DNA of 39,736 bases, taken from contig DASQMN010000020.1 in assembly GCA_035645475.1 (NCBI GenBank), positions 1 to 39,736 on the forward strand, in the 5' to 3' direction. The DNA is from Nocardioidaceae bacterium (GTDB lineage Bacteria; Actinomycetota; Actinomycetes; Propionibacteriales; Nocardioidaceae). A program made the translations under genes and the position numbers. Shown here piece after piece: positions 1 to 12,017 of this stretch. The notes beneath the pieces were generated by a model. That model was not told where the DNA came from, did not search any database, and saw nothing but the letters and a program-made list of their open reading frames with translations. Within the stretch, counting starts at the first letter, position 1; every line of letters starts with the position of its first letter.

Positions 1-300
1 CGTGCCGGCAACCTGTGGATCGCCACCGACGGCAACCAGCTCGGCTCTCACGACGGCATCTTCGCGGTGCCGGTACGAGGGCCGCAGCGCGGTCGGGTCC
101 AGCAGTTCCTCACCATGCCCACGGGAGCGGAGGCATGCGGACCGCTGGTGAGCAAGGACGGCAAGACCGTGTTCGCGGCCGTGCAGCATCCCGGCGAGAC
201 CGACGACGCGACGTTCGAGAACCCGTCCAGCACCTGGCCGCACACCGACCGCTTCCCACGGCCGTCGGTGATCTGCGCCTACCGGGTCAACGGGGGCTGA
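1..300 (+). CDS. PhoX-family (DUF839) phosphatase, C-terminal fragment; 5' end outside window
   Basis: Frame 1 is open from base 1 to TGA 298-300. The translation RAGNLWIATDG...DGKTVFAAVQHPGE...WPHTD resembles the C-terminal propeller region of PhoX/DUF839 proteins. The listed ORF 67..300 begins at an internal Met. Confidence 0.6.
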   Translation, partial: RAGNLWIATDGNQLGSHDGIFAVPVRGPQRGRVQQFLTMPTGAEACGPLVSKDGKTVFAAVQHPGETDDATFENPSSTWPHTDRFPRPSVICAYRVNGG

Positions 301-319
301 GCGAGTCGAGACAGGCGGG

Positions 320-1333
320 TCAGCCCGTCCGGGTGACGACGAGGTCGCACAGGGCCTCGAGCGCCGCCCGGGCGGGACCGTCCGGCAGCGGGTCGAGCTG
401 GGAACGTGCCAGGTCGGCCCGCTGCTTCACGACGTCACGGGCGTCGTCGACCGCCGGGTGCTTGCGCAGTGCATTAAGTGCGGCGGCCAGTGCGGCGTCG
501 CTGGCCAGGTCGTTATCCAGCAAGGCGAGCAGCTCGTCGGTGCCCGGGGCGTCGCTGCGTCGCGCCAGCAGCACCGGGAGCGTGGGGACGCCTTCGCGCA
601 GGTCGGTCCCGGGGGTCTTGCCCGACGCGTCGCTGTCACTGACCACGTCGATGACGTCGTCACTCAGCTGGAAGGCGATGCCGATGTGCTCGCCGAACTC
701 GGCCAGTGCCGGGTGCAGGCTCACGAGCACACCGGATGTGCGGGCACCGAAGAGGGCTGAGGTGGCGATCAGGGACCCGGTCTTGTCGGCGACGACCTCC
801 AGGTAGTGCTCCAGTGGGTCGGAGTCTCCGGGTCCGAGCGTCTCAGCTATCTGGCCGTGCACCAGCCGGGAGAAGGTCTGGGCCTGCAGACGGACCGCCT
901 CCGGCCCGAGATGTGAGACCACCTCGCTGGCCCGTGCGAACAGGTAGTCGCCGGTGAGGATGGCGACCGTGTTGTCCCAGCGCGCGTTGGCGCTCTGCGC
1001 TCCGCGGCGCAGCGCGGCCTCATCCATCACGTCGTCGTGATAGAGCGTCGCGAGGTGGGTGAGCTCGACCACCAGAGCAGCGGGGACGACGCCGTCGGCG
1101 TGGGGGTCGCCCAGCTCGGCGGCGAGCAGCACCAGCAGCGGGCGGAAGCGCTTGCCGCCGGCGTCCAGCAGATGCCGGGCCGTCTCGGCGACGAACGGGG
1201 CGTCGGAGCGCACCGCAGCGGCGAGGCCTGCTTCGACCTCTTCCAGCCGCGTGCGAACGCGGTCTTCCAGGGCGATGTCGGCGAACGGCAGCCTCAGCGT
1301 GTTCGATGAGACCGCGTCCGTTCTCCGCGTCAC
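320..1333 (-). CDS. trans-polyprenyl diphosphate synthase (menaquinone side-chain synthase, GrcC1/HepT-like)
   Basis: 337-aa ORF with GTG start at 1333. Both Asp-rich prenyltransferase motifs are present (DDVMDE and DDVID). It lies 7 nt downstream of the nuoN stop, with GAGG inside the nuoN end. Product chain length cannot be read by eye. Confidence 0.9.
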   Translation of the reverse strand: MTRRTDAVSSNTLRLPFADIALEDRVRTRLEEVEAGLAAAVRSDAPFVAETARHLLDAGGKRFRPLLVLLAAELGDPHADGVVPAALVVELTHLATLYHDDVMDEAALRRGAQSANARWDNTVAILTGDYLFARASEVVSHLGPEAVRLQAQTFSRLVHGQIAETLGPGDSDPLEHYLEVVADKTGSLIATSALFGARTSGVLVSLHPALAEFGEHIGIAFQLSDDVIDVVSDSDASGKTPGTDLREGVPTLPVLLARRSDAPGTDELLALLDNDLASDAALAAALNALRKHPAVDDARDVVKQRADLARSQLDPLPDGPARAALEALCDLVVTRTG

Positions 1334-1340
1334 GCTCGCC

Positions 1341-2933
1341 TCATCGCACGAACGAGCCGAGCTGGGTGGTGAGGTCCAGCAGCGGACCCGGCACCACGCC
1401 GAGCGCCAAGGTCGCGACCGCGGCGACCGCGATGACGGTGGTGGTCATCGGAGTGGCTGCCGCTACAGACGGGCCCTCGTCGACCGGGTCGGAGAAGAAC
1501 ATGACCACGATGACGCGGACGTAGAAGAAGGCGGCCACGACGCTCGCGAGCACCGCCACGAGGACGAGCGGCCAGGCGCCACCTGACCAGGCAGCCGAGA
1601 ACACGGTCCACTTGCCGATGAAGCCGCTGGTGAGCGGGATGCCGGCGAAGGCGAGCAGGAAGAACGCCATCACTCCGGCAAGCAGCGGTGCGCGCTGGCC
1701 AAGCCCAGCCCAGCGTGACAGCTGCGTGGTCTCCCCGCCGGCGTCGCGCACCATCATCACGACGGCGAAGGCGCCGATCGTGGAGAAGCCGTAAGCGGTG
1801 AGGTAGAACAGCACGCTGGACAGGCTGGTGATGTCGCTGCCCTGGCCGCTGCCGGCGAACACCCCGGCGAAGCCCACGAGCAAGAAGCCGGCGTGAGCGA
1901 TGGAGGAGTAGGCGAGCATGCGCTTGATGTCGCTCTGGGTGATGGCCAGCACCGACCCGACGATCATGGTGAGGATGGCAACGGCCCACATCATCGGCTG
2001 CCAGTCCCAGCGCGCAGAGCCGAGGCCGGCGTAGAAGACCCTCAGCAGAGCCCCGAAGGCGGCGATCTTGGTGCACGCCGCCATGAAGGCGGTGATGGCT
2101 GTCGGTGCGCCCTGGTAGACGTCGGGAGTCCAAGCGTGGAACGGCGCGGCGGCGACCTTGAACAGCAGCCCGACCGCGAGCAGGGCCATGCCGCCGAGCA
2201 GCAGTGGCTGCCCGTCGGTGCGCTCCGTCACGGCCGTGTTGATGCCCGCCATGGTGAACGAGCCTGCGTACCCGTAGACCAGGGCGATGCCGTAGAGGAA
2301 GAAGGCGGAGGAGAAGGCTCCCAGCAGGAAGTACTTCACCGCCGCCTCCTGGCTGAGCAGGCGGCGACGCCGCGCCAGGCCGCACAGCAGGTACAGCGGC
2401 AGGCTGAGCACCTCGAGTGCCACGAACATCGTGAGCAGGTCGTTGCTCGCCGGGAACAACAGCATGCCTGCGATGGCGAACGCCATCAACGGGAAGACCT
2501 CGGTGTGCTCCAGGCCTTGCGTCGAGGCCTCCCGCTCCGCGTCGGTGCCCGGCAGTGCGGCTGCCTGCCCGGCGAAGGCGGTGACGCCTCCTTCGAGGCG
2601 GCGTTCGGCGATCAGCAGGACGCAGATCAGTGACAGCACCAGCAGCACGGCCCAGATGAAGACGCTGGGACCGTCGACGGCGACGCTGCCCTCGGCGTCG
2701 ATCGTGCCGTACGCGGTGACGCCCTCGACCTTGACCAGCTCATAGCCGACGTAGACCGTGCTGGCCAGTGCGGCGATCAGGCCGACCACCATCAGCCCCA
2801 GCTGGGTCGGGTAGCGCAGCGACCGGGGCACGAAGGCTTCGACGAGCACACCGAGCAGGGCGACGCCGAAGGCGATGAACAGCGGCAGCAGCTGGACGTA
2901 GTCGAAGCTGGGCGGCTGGAACGGGGGGTTCAC
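1341..2933 (-). CDS. nuoN: NADH-quinone oxidoreductase subunit N
   Basis: 530-aa polytopic antiporter-like protein, last in the nuo order. GTG start 2933 overlaps the nuoM TGA (GTGA). Confidence 0.95.
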   Translation of the reverse strand: MNPPFQPPSFDYVQLLPLFIAFGVALLGVLVEAFVPRSLRYPTQLGLMVVGLIAALASTVYVGYELVKVEGVTAYGTIDAEGSVAVDGPSVFIWAVLLVLSLICVLLIAERRLEGGVTAFAGQAAALPGTDAEREASTQGLEHTEVFPLMAFAIAGMLLFPASNDLLTMFVALEVLSLPLYLLCGLARRRRLLSQEAAVKYFLLGAFSSAFFLYGIALVYGYAGSFTMAGINTAVTERTDGQPLLLGGMALLAVGLLFKVAAAPFHAWTPDVYQGAPTAITAFMAACTKIAAFGALLRVFYAGLGSARWDWQPMMWAVAILTMIVGSVLAITQSDIKRMLAYSSIAHAGFLLVGFAGVFAGSGQGSDITSLSSVLFYLTAYGFSTIGAFAVVMMVRDAGGETTQLSRWAGLGQRAPLLAGVMAFFLLAFAGIPLTSGFIGKWTVFSAAWSGGAWPLVLVAVLASVVAAFFYVRVIVVMFFSDPVDEGPSVAAATPMTTTVIAVAAVATLALGVVPGPLLDLTTQLGSFVR

Positions 2934-4495
2934 GGGGCCGACTCCTCGGCGACGGTGACTGGGACGTCGGGGACTGGATCATCGACGCCGACCTGCTCGA
3001 GGGTGGCGTCGACGCTGGGGTCGATGACGTCGAGCAGTGGCTGCGGGTAGAAGCCGAGGACGAAGATGAACACGATGAGCGGTGCCAGGGCGAGCACCTC
3101 GAAACCACGCAGGTCGGTGATCGCGGCGTTGTCGGGACGCAGCGGACCGGTCATCGTGCGCTGGTACATCAGCAGGATGTAGAGCGCGGCGAGCACGATG
3201 CCGAACGTGGCGATGACCGCGGCGGGGATCGACGTCGTGAACGTTCCGGCGAGCACGAGGAACTCGCTCACGAACGGCGACAGCCCGGGCAACGACAGGC
3301 TGGACAGGCCGGCGATCAGCAGCATGCCGGCCAGGATCGGCGCCACCTTCTGCACGCCGCCGTAGTCGCTGATGCTGCGTGAGCCCCGCCTGCTGATCAA
3401 GAAGCCGGTGACGAGGAACAGCGCGGCCGTGGACAGCCCGTGGTTGAACATGTACAGCGTTGCGCCGGTGGCGGACTGGCTCGTGAAGGCGAAGATTCCC
3501 AGCACGATGAAGCCGAAGTGCGATACCGACGTGTACGCGATGAGCCGTCGGATGTCGTCTTGCCCGATGGCGAGCAGCGCCCCGTAGATGACCGAGAACA
3601 CCGCAAGCGCCACGATGACCGGCGAGGCCCACTCCGAGGCCTCGGGGAAAAGCTGCAGGCAGAAGCGGATCATGCCGAACGTGCCCACCTTGTCCAGCAC
3701 GCTCACCAGCAGGACGGCGGTGCCCGGAGTCGACTCCGCGGCCGCGTCGGGCAGCCACGTGTGCAGCGGCCACATCGGCGCCTTGATCGCGAAGGCGATG
3801 AAGAAGCCGAGGAACAGCCAGCGTCCGGTCGACTCGCTCATGGGGATCTCGTTCAGCGTGCTCAGCAGGTACGACGGCTCGCCGGCACGGGCGGACACGA
3901 CGTACAGCCCCACCACGGATGCCAGCATCAGCAGGCCGCCGAACAGCGAGTAGAGCAGGAACTTGACCGCTGCGGCGGAGCTGCGGGCACCTCCGAAGCT
4001 TCCGATCAGGAAGTAGACCGGAATGAGCGTCGCCTCGAACAGCACGTAGAACAAGAAGACGTCAGTGGCGGCGAACACCCCGATCGCGAGGCCTTCGAGG
4101 GCGAGCATCCACCCCATGTACGCCGACGTGCTCCACCGGCGGCCGGCCGCGAGTGCCGCGTCACCGTCGCGCCAGGAAGCGAGCAGCACGACCGGAGTCA
4201 GGATGGTCGTCAGCAGGATCAGCGTCAGGCCGATGCCGTCCACACCCACCGCGTAGTACGCGCCGAACACACCGATCCACTCGTGCTGCTCGGTGAGCTG
4301 GAAGCCCGCCGCGCCGACGTCGAACTGCGTCAGCATCGCCAGCGACACCACGAGCGTCAGCAGGGAGACCCCGAGCGCCGCGGCCTTGATGGAGTCGGAG
4401 GAGCCTCGACCGCGCGGCAGCACCATCACCAGCACGGCACCCAGCAACGGCAGAGCGACCAGGACGCTCAGCCAGGGAAAGTCCTCAGCACTCAT
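2930..4495 (-). CDS. nuoM: NADH-quinone oxidoreductase subunit M
   Basis: 521-aa antiporter-like membrane protein. ATG 4495 overlaps the nuoL stop (ATGA). Position between nuoL and nuoN. Confidence 0.95.
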   Translation of the reverse strand: MSAEDFPWLSVLVALPLLGAVLVMVLPRGRGSSDSIKAAALGVSLLTLVVSLAMLTQFDVGAAGFQLTEQHEWIGVFGAYYAVGVDGIGLTLILLTTILTPVVLLASWRDGDAALAAGRRWSTSAYMGWMLALEGLAIGVFAATDVFLFYVLFEATLIPVYFLIGSFGGARSSAAAVKFLLYSLFGGLLMLASVVGLYVVSARAGEPSYLLSTLNEIPMSESTGRWLFLGFFIAFAIKAPMWPLHTWLPDAAAESTPGTAVLLVSVLDKVGTFGMIRFCLQLFPEASEWASPVIVALAVFSVIYGALLAIGQDDIRRLIAYTSVSHFGFIVLGIFAFTSQSATGATLYMFNHGLSTAALFLVTGFLISRRGSRSISDYGGVQKVAPILAGMLLIAGLSSLSLPGLSPFVSEFLVLAGTFTTSIPAAVIATFGIVLAALYILLMYQRTMTGPLRPDNAAITDLRGFEVLALAPLIVFIFVLGFYPQPLLDVIDPSVDATLEQVGVDDPVPDVPVTVAEESAP

Positions 4496-6390
4496 GCCAG
4501 CGTCACCGCCAGAGCCGACAGGACGATCAGCAGGGCGCCCCCGAGGATGGCCAGGGCGTACGAGCGCACGTAACCGGTCTGCGCCCGACGGGCCTGGGTG
4601 GAGGTGCCGCCGATGAACGCCGCGAGGCCGTTGACCGACCCGTCGACCCCACGGTTGTCGGCTCTCACCAGACCCTGCGTCAGCCGCTGGCCGGGTCGCA
4701 TGAGCACAGCCTCGTTGATCGTGTCGCCGTACAGGTCGCGGCGAGCGGCCGCGGTGAGCAGCGTGACGTTGACCGGAGCGGCGCGGGGCACCGGCCGCGC
4801 GCCGAACAGCGCGTACGCCAGCCCGGCGCCGGCGAGGACGAGTGCGGTGATCGCCAGCGTGAGCAACCAGGCCGGGATGCCGAGATGGTGCTCGGGCTCA
4901 GGTCCGGTGAGCGGCTCGAGCCAGTGCACGATCCAGCTACCGAGGAGCAGGACGCCACCGACCACTGAGAGCGCCGCCAGCACGATCAACGGCAGCGTCA
5001 TGGTGGATGGCGACTCGTGAGGGTGCACGTCGTCGCGCCACCGCTTCTGTGAGAAGAAGGTCATCAGCATCAGCCGGGTCATGTAGAAGGCGGTGATGCC
5101 CGCACCGAGCAGTGCGCCCAGGCCCACGAGAAGGTTGTCCGCGAAGGCGGCCTCGATGATCTTGTCCTTCGACCAGAAGCCGGAGAAGCCGGGGAAGCCG
5201 ATGATCGCCAGATAGCCCATCGCGAAGGTGGCGAAGGTGATCGGCATGGCCGTGCGCAGGGCGCCGTAGTTGCGCATGTCCACGTCGTCGTCCATCGCGT
5301 GCATGACCGAGCCGGCGCCGAGGAACATGTTGGCCTTGAAGAACCCGTGCGTGATCAGGTGAAAGATCGCGAAGGCGTACCCGGCCGGGCCGAGACCGGC
5401 CGCCAGCATCATGTAGCCGATCTGGCTCATCGTCGAACCGGCGAGCACCTTCTTGATGTCGTCCTTGGCGCACCCGATGATCGCCCCGACCAGCAGCGTG
5501 ACCAGACCGACGACGACCACCGCTGTCGAGGCGACCTCGGACTGCTCGTACACATAGCTCGAGCGCACCACCAGGTACACCCCGGCGGTGACCATGGTCG
5601 CGGCGTGGATGAGAGCCGACACCGGGGTGGGACCCTCCATGGCGTCCAGCAGCCAGCTCTGCAGGGGCACCTGGGCTGACTTGCCGCACGCCCCCAACAG
5701 CAGCAGCAGACCGAGCGCCGTGGCCACCCCTGCCGATGCCTGCGACATGCCTTCCGCGACACCGGTGAACGTGGTGGTGTTGAACGTCGCGAACATGAGC
5801 ATGATCGCCAGCGCCATGCCGATGTCTCCGACGCGGTTGACGATGAACGCCTTCTTGGCCGCCACAGCCGCTGAGTTGCGGTCCTGCCAGAACCCGATCA
5901 GCAGGTAGGAGGCGAGCCCGACACCTTCCCAGCCGAGGAAGAGCACCAGGTAGTCGTTGGCGAGCACCAGGGTGAGCATCGCGGCGACGAACAGGTTGAG
6001 GAAGCCGAAGAACTTGCGACGCTGCGGGTCGTGCGCCATGTACCCGATGGAGTAGATGTGGATCAGCGAGCCCACACCGGTGATCAGCAGGACGAACAGC
6101 GCCGACAGCTGGTCGTAGCGCACGCCCATCTCGACGGAGAAGCTACCGACCTGCATCCAGGTGAACACCTGGTAGTCGGTGATGCGCTCCTCGGCGCCGT
6201 GTCCCAGCAGCTCCACGAACATGACGACGCCGAGCAGGAACGACACCAGGGGCGCGACCGTGCCCAGCAGGTGTCCCCAGCGGTCAGCGCGGCGGCCGGC
6301 CAGCAGCAGCACCGCGGCACTGGCCAGCGGCACGGCCACCAACACCCAGCCCAGGGCGAGCACGCCCTCGGCAGTGGTCGTCTCCGTCAC
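4492..6390 (-). CDS. nuoL: NADH-quinone oxidoreductase subunit L
   Basis: 632-aa ORF with the motif [15 protein letters not shown] and a long C-terminal lateral-helix region. GTG start 6390 is preceded by GAGGAG about 11 nt upstream. Confidence 0.96.
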   Translation of the reverse strand: MTETTTAEGVLALGWVLVAVPLASAAVLLLAGRRADRWGHLLGTVAPLVSFLLGVVMFVELLGHGAEERITDYQVFTWMQVGSFSVEMGVRYDQLSALFVLLITGVGSLIHIYSIGYMAHDPQRRKFFGFLNLFVAAMLTLVLANDYLVLFLGWEGVGLASYLLIGFWQDRNSAAVAAKKAFIVNRVGDIGMALAIMLMFATFNTTTFTGVAEGMSQASAGVATALGLLLLLGACGKSAQVPLQSWLLDAMEGPTPVSALIHAATMVTAGVYLVVRSSYVYEQSEVASTAVVVVGLVTLLVGAIIGCAKDDIKKVLAGSTMSQIGYMMLAAGLGPAGYAFAIFHLITHGFFKANMFLGAGSVMHAMDDDVDMRNYGALRTAMPITFATFAMGYLAIIGFPGFSGFWSKDKIIEAAFADNLLVGLGALLGAGITAFYMTRLMLMTFFSQKRWRDDVHPHESPSTMTLPLIVLAALSVVGGVLLLGSWIVHWLEPLTGPEPEHHLGIPAWLLTLAITALVLAGAGLAYALFGARPVPRAAPVNVTLLTAAARRDLYGDTINEAVLMRPGQRLTQGLVRADNRGVDGSVNGLAAFIGGTSTQARRAQTGYVRSYALAILGGALLIVLSALAVTLA

Positions 6391-6409
6391 GTTCGTTGCG
6401 CTCCTCGGC

Positions 6410-6709
6410 TCAGTACTTCAGCAGGCTGGCGTCGTCGACCGAGGCCGATCGGCGGGTCCGGAAGATCGCCACGATGATCGAGAGCCCGACCACGACCTCA
6501 GCAGCAGCCACGACCATGACGAAGAAGGCCGCGATCTGGCCGTCGAGGTTGCCGTGCACCTTGGCGAACGTGACGAAGGCCAGATTCGTGGCGTTGAGCA
6601 TCAGCTCGACGCACATGAACACCACGATGGCGTTGCGGCGTACGAGCACCCCGACCGCGCCGATGGTGAACAGCAGCGCCGAGAGGGTCAGGAACGGCGT
6701 GGCGCTCAC
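6410..6709 (-). CDS. nuoK: NADH-quinone oxidoreductase subunit K
   Basis: 99-aa three-TM protein (…[13 protein letters not shown]…). GTG 6709 overlaps the nuoJ stop (GTGA). Confidence 0.95.
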   Translation of the reverse strand: MSATPFLTLSALLFTIGAVGVLVRRNAIVVFMCVELMLNATNLAFVTFAKVHGNLDGQIAAFFVMVVAAAEVVVGLSIIVAIFRTRRSASVDDASLLKY

Positions 6710-7554
6710 GCGTTACCTCCGTCACCGCTCGTGGCGACGCTCTGCGAGGTCGGCGGGACCGCGTACTCCCCCGACGGCGTGCCGGCGGAGTGCCGACCGT
6801 CGACACCGCCGTCCTCGGTCATCTGCCCGGCCGTACGCGCGACCTCGCGACTGCTGCTGAGCCGGACGGTCCCGCGCGCCTGCAGGGCCCGGGACACCGA
6901 TCCGCTCGCCGTCGTGCCGTCGGGCAGGAGCGCCGGTGTGTCGACGGCGTTGTGGCGAGCGAAAACCCCGGGAGTAGGCCGGGGCACCAGTGGCGCGCCG
7001 TGCTCGGCGTACTGGCGCATGCGCTGCTCTGACACCTCACGCTGGGTGATCTTCGCGCTCTGCCGCTCCTGGTGAGCGAGCACCATGGCTCCCAGCGCCG
7101 CGGTGATCAGCAGCGAGCTGGTGACCTCGAACGCGAGGACGTAGCGACCGAACAGCAGATGGGCGACGGCGACGACGTTGCCCTCCGGCGCGACAGCGTC
7201 GAAGCCTGTCATCGCTCCGATAGTGGTCTGGGCGACCCCGAGCACGACCGTGGCACCGAACAGCACCCCGAGGACAGCGGCGAGGACCCGCTGCCCCTTG
7301 ATCGTCTCGACGATGGAGTCCGAGGCGTCGACCCCGACCAGCATCAGCACGAACAAGAAGAGCATCAAGATCGCGCCCGTGTAGACGATGATCTGCACGG
7401 CGAACAGGAACGGCGCGTCCAGTGCCGCGTACATGATCGCCAGGCAGATCATCACCACGGCCAGCATCAGTGCGGCGTGGACGGCCTTGCGCGCGAACAC
7501 CATGCCGAGCGCCGCCAGCACCATGAACGGCGCCAGCACCCAGAAGACGGTCAA
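6706..7554 (-). CDS. nuoJ: NADH-quinone oxidoreductase subunit J (with about 120-aa C-terminal extension)
   Basis: 282-aa ORF. The N-terminal 160 aa are a typical NuoJ membrane core. TTG start 7554 overlaps the nuoI stop (TTGA). Synteny supports the call. Confidence 0.9.
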   Translation of the reverse strand: MTVFWVLAPFMVLAALGMVFARKAVHAALMLAVVMICLAIMYAALDAPFLFAVQIIVYTGAILMLFLFVLMLVGVDASDSIVETIKGQRVLAAVLGVLFGATVVLGVAQTTIGAMTGFDAVAPEGNVVAVAHLLFGRYVLAFEVTSSLLITAALGAMVLAHQERQSAKITQREVSEQRMRQYAEHGAPLVPRPTPGVFARHNAVDTPALLPDGTTASGSVSRALQARGTVRLSSSREVARTAGQMTEDGGVDGRHSAGTPSGEYAVPPTSQSVATSGDGGNA

Positions 7555-8165
7555 CGGTGCCCTCCTGTCTCGGCGCCGGGTCCGGCGGCGGCGCCGCCAC
7601 CGTAGTAGGCGGACTCGTCGTCGCCGAGCAGCATCTCGTGCGGCGGCTGGGTCATTCCAGGCAGCAGCGGCGCGAGCAGGTCCGACTTCTCGTAGATGAG
7701 GTCGGCGCGGCTGCTGTCAGCCAGCTCGTACTCGTTGGTCATCGTCAGCGCACGAGTCGGGCAGGCCTCGATGCACAGGCCGCACAGGATGCACCGCAGG
7801 TAGTTGATCTGGTACACGCGGCCGTAGCGTTCCCCCGGCGAGAAGCGCCCGTCCGGGGTGTTGGTCGCGCCCTCGACGTAGATCGCGTCGGCCGGACACG
7901 ACCACGCGCACAGCTCGCACCCGATGCACTTCTCCAGGCCGTCCGGCCACCGGTTGAGCTGGTGGCGGCCGTGGAACCTGGGGGCTGTCGGCTTCTTGTA
8001 CTCCGGGTACTGCTCGGTGACGACCTTCCTGAACATCGTGCGGAAGGTGACGCCGAAGCCGGCGACCGGATCCCAGAAGCGGGCCTTCTCCTCGGGGCGG
8101 CCCGCCGGAGAGCCGGAACCGGTCGAGCCGCCACCCTTGGGAGCGTCGGCGGGGGAGCTAGGCAC
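7551..8165 (-). CDS. nuoI: NADH-quinone oxidoreductase subunit I (2x[4Fe-4S] ferredoxin)
   Basis: Two CxxCxxCxxxCP motifs ([24 protein letters not shown]). GTG start 8165 overlaps the nuoH end by 8 nt. The G/S/P-rich N-terminus makes the exact start uncertain. Confidence 0.92.
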   Translation of the reverse strand: MPSSPADAPKGGGSTGSGSPAGRPEEKARFWDPVAGFGVTFRTMFRKVVTEQYPEYKKPTAPRFHGRHQLNRWPDGLEKCIGCELCAWSCPADAIYVEGATNTPDGRFSPGERYGRVYQINYLRCILCGLCIEACPTRALTMTNEYELADSSRADLIYEKSDLLAPLLPGMTQPPHEMLLGDDESAYYGGGAAAGPGAETGGHR

Positions 8166-9483
8166 GGTTCTCCTCGAGAGGGTCGTCGGTGCGGGCGGTC
8201 GAGCTGCCCACCTCAGCTGGGGTCGCGCTGCCCGGCACCGTCATGCGCGATGCCGCGACAGGCAGGCTCTGGCCCGGCATCGGCGGCACGGGGTAGCCGG
8301 CGGCGAACGCGTCGAACGGCCTCTGCTCGGCGGGCTCCTCCTCCGGCGAGCTCTTGCCTTCGGGCCAGAACAGCAGCACCAGCAAGGCCGCCAGTGCGAT
8401 GCCGACCGCGATGAGCACCGTCCGGGAGTCGAGATCCTCGTTGATCCGTAGCTGCCGGACGACCGCGACCGCCAGCGTCCACACCAGAGCGACCGGAATG
8501 AGCACCTTCCAGCCGAGCTTCATGAACTGGTCGTAGCGGAACCGCGGCAGCGTGCCTCGCAGCCAGATGAAGAAGAAGATGAAGACGACGACCTTGCCGA
8601 GGAACCACAGCACCGGCAGGTAGCCCTCGTTGGCGTTCTCCCACAGCGACAACGGCCACGGCGCCCGCCACCCACCGAGGAACAACGTGACCGCCAGCGC
8701 GGAGACGACCACCATGTTGATGTACTCAGCCAGGAAGAACAGCGCGAACTTCAGCGACGAGTACTCGGTGTGGAAACCGCCGACGAGCTCGCCCTCGGCC
8801 TCGGCGAGGTCGAACGGTGCCCGGTTGGTCTCACCGACCATGGCGATCACGTAGATGACGAAGCTGGGCAGCAACGGCAGGATGAACCACATGTCCTCGG
8901 CCTGCGCCGCCACGATCTGCGAGGTCGACATCGAGCCGGCGTACATGAAGACCGCGACCAGCGCGAGGCCCATCGCGACCTCGTAGGAGATCACCTGGGC
9001 GCTCGAGCGCAGCCCACCGAGCAGCGCGTAGGTGGAGCCCGACGACCAGCCGGCCAGGACGATGCCGTAGACCCCGATGGAGGCGATGGCCAGGATGTAG
9101 AGGACGGCGACGGGCAGGTCGGTCAGCTGCAGCGGGGTCTCGACGTCGGTGAACGGCACGTCGACCACCGGCCCGAACGGGATCACGGCGAAGGCCATGA
9201 ACGCGGGAATGACCGACAGGACCGGTGCGATGACGTAGACGACCTTGTCGGCGGCCGTCGGGATGACGTCTTCCTTCAGGGCTAGCTTGACGCCGTCGGC
9301 GAGGCTCTGCAGCAGGCCGAACGGGCCGTTGCGGTTGGGGCCGATGCGGTGCTGCATGCGAGCGACGACGCGGCGCTCGAACCACACGTTGAACAGCGTC
9401 AGCACGACCAGGATGACGAAGAGCAGGACCGCCTTGATCAGCACGAGCCACCAGGGGTCGGCACCGAAGATCGCGTCGATCAC
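8158..9483 (-). CDS. nuoH: NADH-quinone oxidoreductase subunit H
   Basis: 441-aa polytopic protein with the motif [19 protein letters not shown] 9483 overlaps the nuoG stop (GTGA). Confidence 0.95.
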   Translation of the reverse strand: MIDAIFGADPWWLVLIKAVLLFVILVVLTLFNVWFERRVVARMQHRIGPNRNGPFGLLQSLADGVKLALKEDVIPTAADKVVYVIAPVLSVIPAFMAFAVIPFGPVVDVPFTDVETPLQLTDLPVAVLYILAIASIGVYGIVLAGWSSGSTYALLGGLRSSAQVISYEVAMGLALVAVFMYAGSMSTSQIVAAQAEDMWFILPLLPSFVIYVIAMVGETNRAPFDLAEAEGELVGGFHTEYSSLKFALFFLAEYINMVVVSALAVTLFLGGWRAPWPLSLWENANEGYLPVLWFLGKVVVFIFFFIWLRGTLPRFRYDQFMKLGWKVLIPVALVWTLAVAVVRQLRINEDLDSRTVLIAVGIALAALLVLLFWPEGKSSPEEEPAEQRPFDAFAAGYPVPPMPGQSLPVAASRMTVPGSATPAEVGSSTARTDDPLEENRA

Positions 9484-12017
9484 CGGGCTCCCCCCTCAGC
9501 GGTCATGGTCGTCGTGGTCCTGGACGCTGCTGTGCTGGCCCCTGCTGTGCCCTGCCCGGTGCTTGGTGAGGCGCCCGTCGCGGCACGTGGAGCCCGTCTG
9601 GCCTCCACGCTCACCACCGATCCGGCCCCTGCGCCCAGCACCTGGGACAGCGGCGCCCCACCCGAGCTCTGTGGCGCCCACACCACCGAGTCGGGCAGGT
9701 CGGCGACCTCGTACGGCAGAGCGAGGGCGCCGACCGAGGTACGAAGCAATACCTCGTCACCATCGAGCAGGCCGAGCGTCGACACCGTACCGGGCGACAG
9801 CCGGGCCACCACGCGGCGGGCCGTTGCGGCCAGATAGGGATCGCCGTCGAGCAGGCGTCCGTCGTCGATGAGCTGGCGCCAGGTGTCGAGCACCGCACTT
9901 CCAGCAGGCACCTGCACGGGGGGGCCGGCGGGTACGGTCGGCGCGGGCGCCCGCGGGCCGTCCCAGGCGCCGAGGTCGATCATGTCCGCGCGTGCCTGCT
10001 CGACAGTGCGGAAGCCCAGCGGCGTTCCCATCTCCTCGGCGATGCCGGACAGCACGCGCAGGTCGGGCAGGGTCCCGGTCTCCGGCAGGACGACCGGGAA
10101 GGGTCGCACCCGTCCTTCCCAGTCCACGAACATGCCTGACTTCTCCGCCGCCGCGGCAACGGGCAGCACGACGTCGGCCCGTTCGCTGACGGCACTCGCC
10201 CGTACCTCCAGGCTGACCACGAACGGGGTCGCCTCCACAGCGGCCAGTGCGGTCGCCGTGTCGGGCAGGTCGATCGGGTCGACGCCCGCCACGACCAGTG
10301 CGGCGAGCTCCCCGCGAGCGCCGGCCGCGAGGATGGCCGCGGAGTCGCGACCCGGTGCGGTCGGCAGGTCTCGGACACCCCAGGCCGCGGCTGCGTCCGC
10401 CCGTGCGCTCGGGTCGGCAACGGGACGACCGCCGGGGAGCAGCGCGGGGAGGCAGCCGGCTTCCAGGGCTCCGCGCTCACCGGCGCGACGGGGCACCCAA
10501 GCGAGCCGCGCACCGGTGGTGGCCGCCAGCCGCAGCGCGGCCGACAGTCCACCGGGGACCGCGGCCAGCCGCTCGCCGACCAGGATGACGCCGCCGCCGT
10601 CGAGGGCGAGCTCGGCATCCTCGGCGAGTGCCGTCAACACCTGCGCCTCCCCTCCGGGCGGCGTGCGTACCAGGCGGCCACCGAGCTTGGCCAGTCCGCG
10701 GGAGGTGTGGCTGGCCACCGACACGACGCGGGTGGAGTGCTTGCGCATCGCCTTGCGCAGGCGCAGGAAGATGATCGGTGACTCGTCCTCGGGCTCGAAG
10801 CCCACGAGCAGGACCGCCGACGCGCTCTCCAGGTCGGCGTAGGTGACGCCCTGGGTGGCCACGACGCTGGAGGCCAGGAACTCGGCCTCCTCGGCGGAGG
10901 AGGAACGGGCGCGGAAGTCGATGTCGTTGGTGTGCAGGGCCACCCGGGCGAACTTCGCGTACGCGTAGGCGTCCTCGGCGGTGAGCCGGCCGCCGGTCAG
11001 CACGCCCGTGCGTCCACGGGCCTTGGCCAGGCCGCGGGCGGTGACCACGAAGGCCTCGATCCAGGAAGCCGGACGCAGCTGCCGGGTCTCCTCGTCACGG
11101 ACCAGCGGCGTGGTGAGCCGGTCGGGCTGGCGGGTCCAGCCGAAACCGAAGCGGCCCTTGTCGCAGTTCCACTCCTCGTTGACCTGCGGGTCGTCGCCGG
11201 CCAGCCGGCGCATGACCCGGCCGCGACGGTGGTCGACGCGCAGGGCGCACCCCGAGGCGCAGTGCTCGCAGATCGACGGCGTCGACACCAGGTCGAAGGG
11301 GCGGGCACGGAAGCGGTACGCCGCGCTGGTCAGCGCCCCTACGGGGCAGATCTGGATGGTGTTGCCCGAGAAGTAGCTCTCGAAGGGCTCCCGCTCGTAG
11401 ATGCCGACCTGCTGCAGCGACCCGCGCTCGACCAGGGCGATGAACGGGTCGCCGGCGATCTGCTCGGAGAAGCGGGTGCAGCGCGCGCAGAGCACGCAGC
11501 GTTCGCGGTCCAGCAGCACCTGGGCCGAGATGTTGATCGGCTTGGCGTACGTGCGCTTGGTCTCGACGAACCTGGACTCCCCGCGGCCGTGCGACATCGC
11601 CTGGTTCTGCAGCGGGCACTCGCCACCCTTGTCGCAGACCGGGCAGTCCAGCGGGTGGTTGATGAGCAGGAACTCCATGTTGCCCTGCTGCGCCTTGTCG
11701 GCCACCGGTGAGGTGACCTGGGTGTTGACCACCATGCCGTCGGCGACCAGAAGTGTGCACGAGGCCTGCGGCTTGGGTAGCGCGCGGCCGTTGCCCGCGT
11801 CGGGCACCTCGACCAGGCACTGACGGCAGGCGCCGACCGGCTCGAGCAGCGGGTGGTCGCAGAAGCGCGGGATCTCGACGCCGATCAGCTCGGCGGCCCG
11901 GATCACCAAGGTGTCCTTGGGCACCTGCACGTCGACGCCGTCGATGGTGACGCTGACCATATCCTCGGCGCCGGGTGCGTCGCCTGACTCGGCCGGCGTG
12001 CTCGTCGTCATCGTCAT
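9480..12017 (-). CDS. nuoG: NADH-quinone oxidoreductase subunit G
   Basis: The ORF track gives 9480..12119, but ATG 12017 forms an ATGA overlap with the nuoF stop, and the upstream 34 aa are Arg-rich junk. Fe-S motifs [19 protein letters not shown] and [17 protein letters not shown] are present. Roughly 845 aa. Confidence 0.93.
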   Translation of the reverse strand: MTMTTSTPAESGDAPGAEDMVSVTIDGVDVQVPKDTLVIRAAELIGVEIPRFCDHPLLEPVGACRQCLVEVPDAGNGRALPKPQASCTLLVADGMVVNTQVTSPVADKAQQGNMEFLLINHPLDCPVCDKGGECPLQNQAMSHGRGESRFVETKRTYAKPINISAQVLLDRERCVLCARCTRFSEQIAGDPFIALVERGSLQQVGIYEREPFESYFSGNTIQICPVGALTSAAYRFRARPFDLVSTPSICEHCASGCALRVDHRRGRVMRRLAGDDPQVNEEWNCDKGRFGFGWTRQPDRLTTPLVRDEETRQLRPASWIEAFVVTARGLAKARGRTGVLTGGRLTAEDAYAYAKFARVALHTNDIDFRARSSSAEEAEFLASSVVATQGVTYADLESASAVLLVGFEPEDESPIIFLRLRKAMRKHSTRVVSVASHTSRGLAKLGGRLVRTPPGGEAQVLTALAEDAELALDGGGVILVGERLAAVPGGLSAALRLAATTGARLAWVPRRAGERGALEAGCLPALLPGGRPVADPSARADAAAAWGVRDLPTAPGRDSAAILAAGARGELAALVVAGVDPIDLPDTATALAAVEATPFVVSLEVRASAVSERADVVLPVAAAAEKSGMFVDWEGRVRPFPVVLPETGTLPDLRVLSGIAEEMGTPLGFRTVEQARADMIDLGAWDGPRAPAPTVPAGPPVQVPAGSAVLDTWRQLIDDGRLLDGDPYLAATARRVVARLSPGTVSTLGLLDGDEVLLRTSVGALALPYEVADLPDSVVWAPQSSGGAPLSQVLGAGAGSVVSVEARRAPRAATGASPSTGQGTAGASTAASRTTTTMTAEGGAR

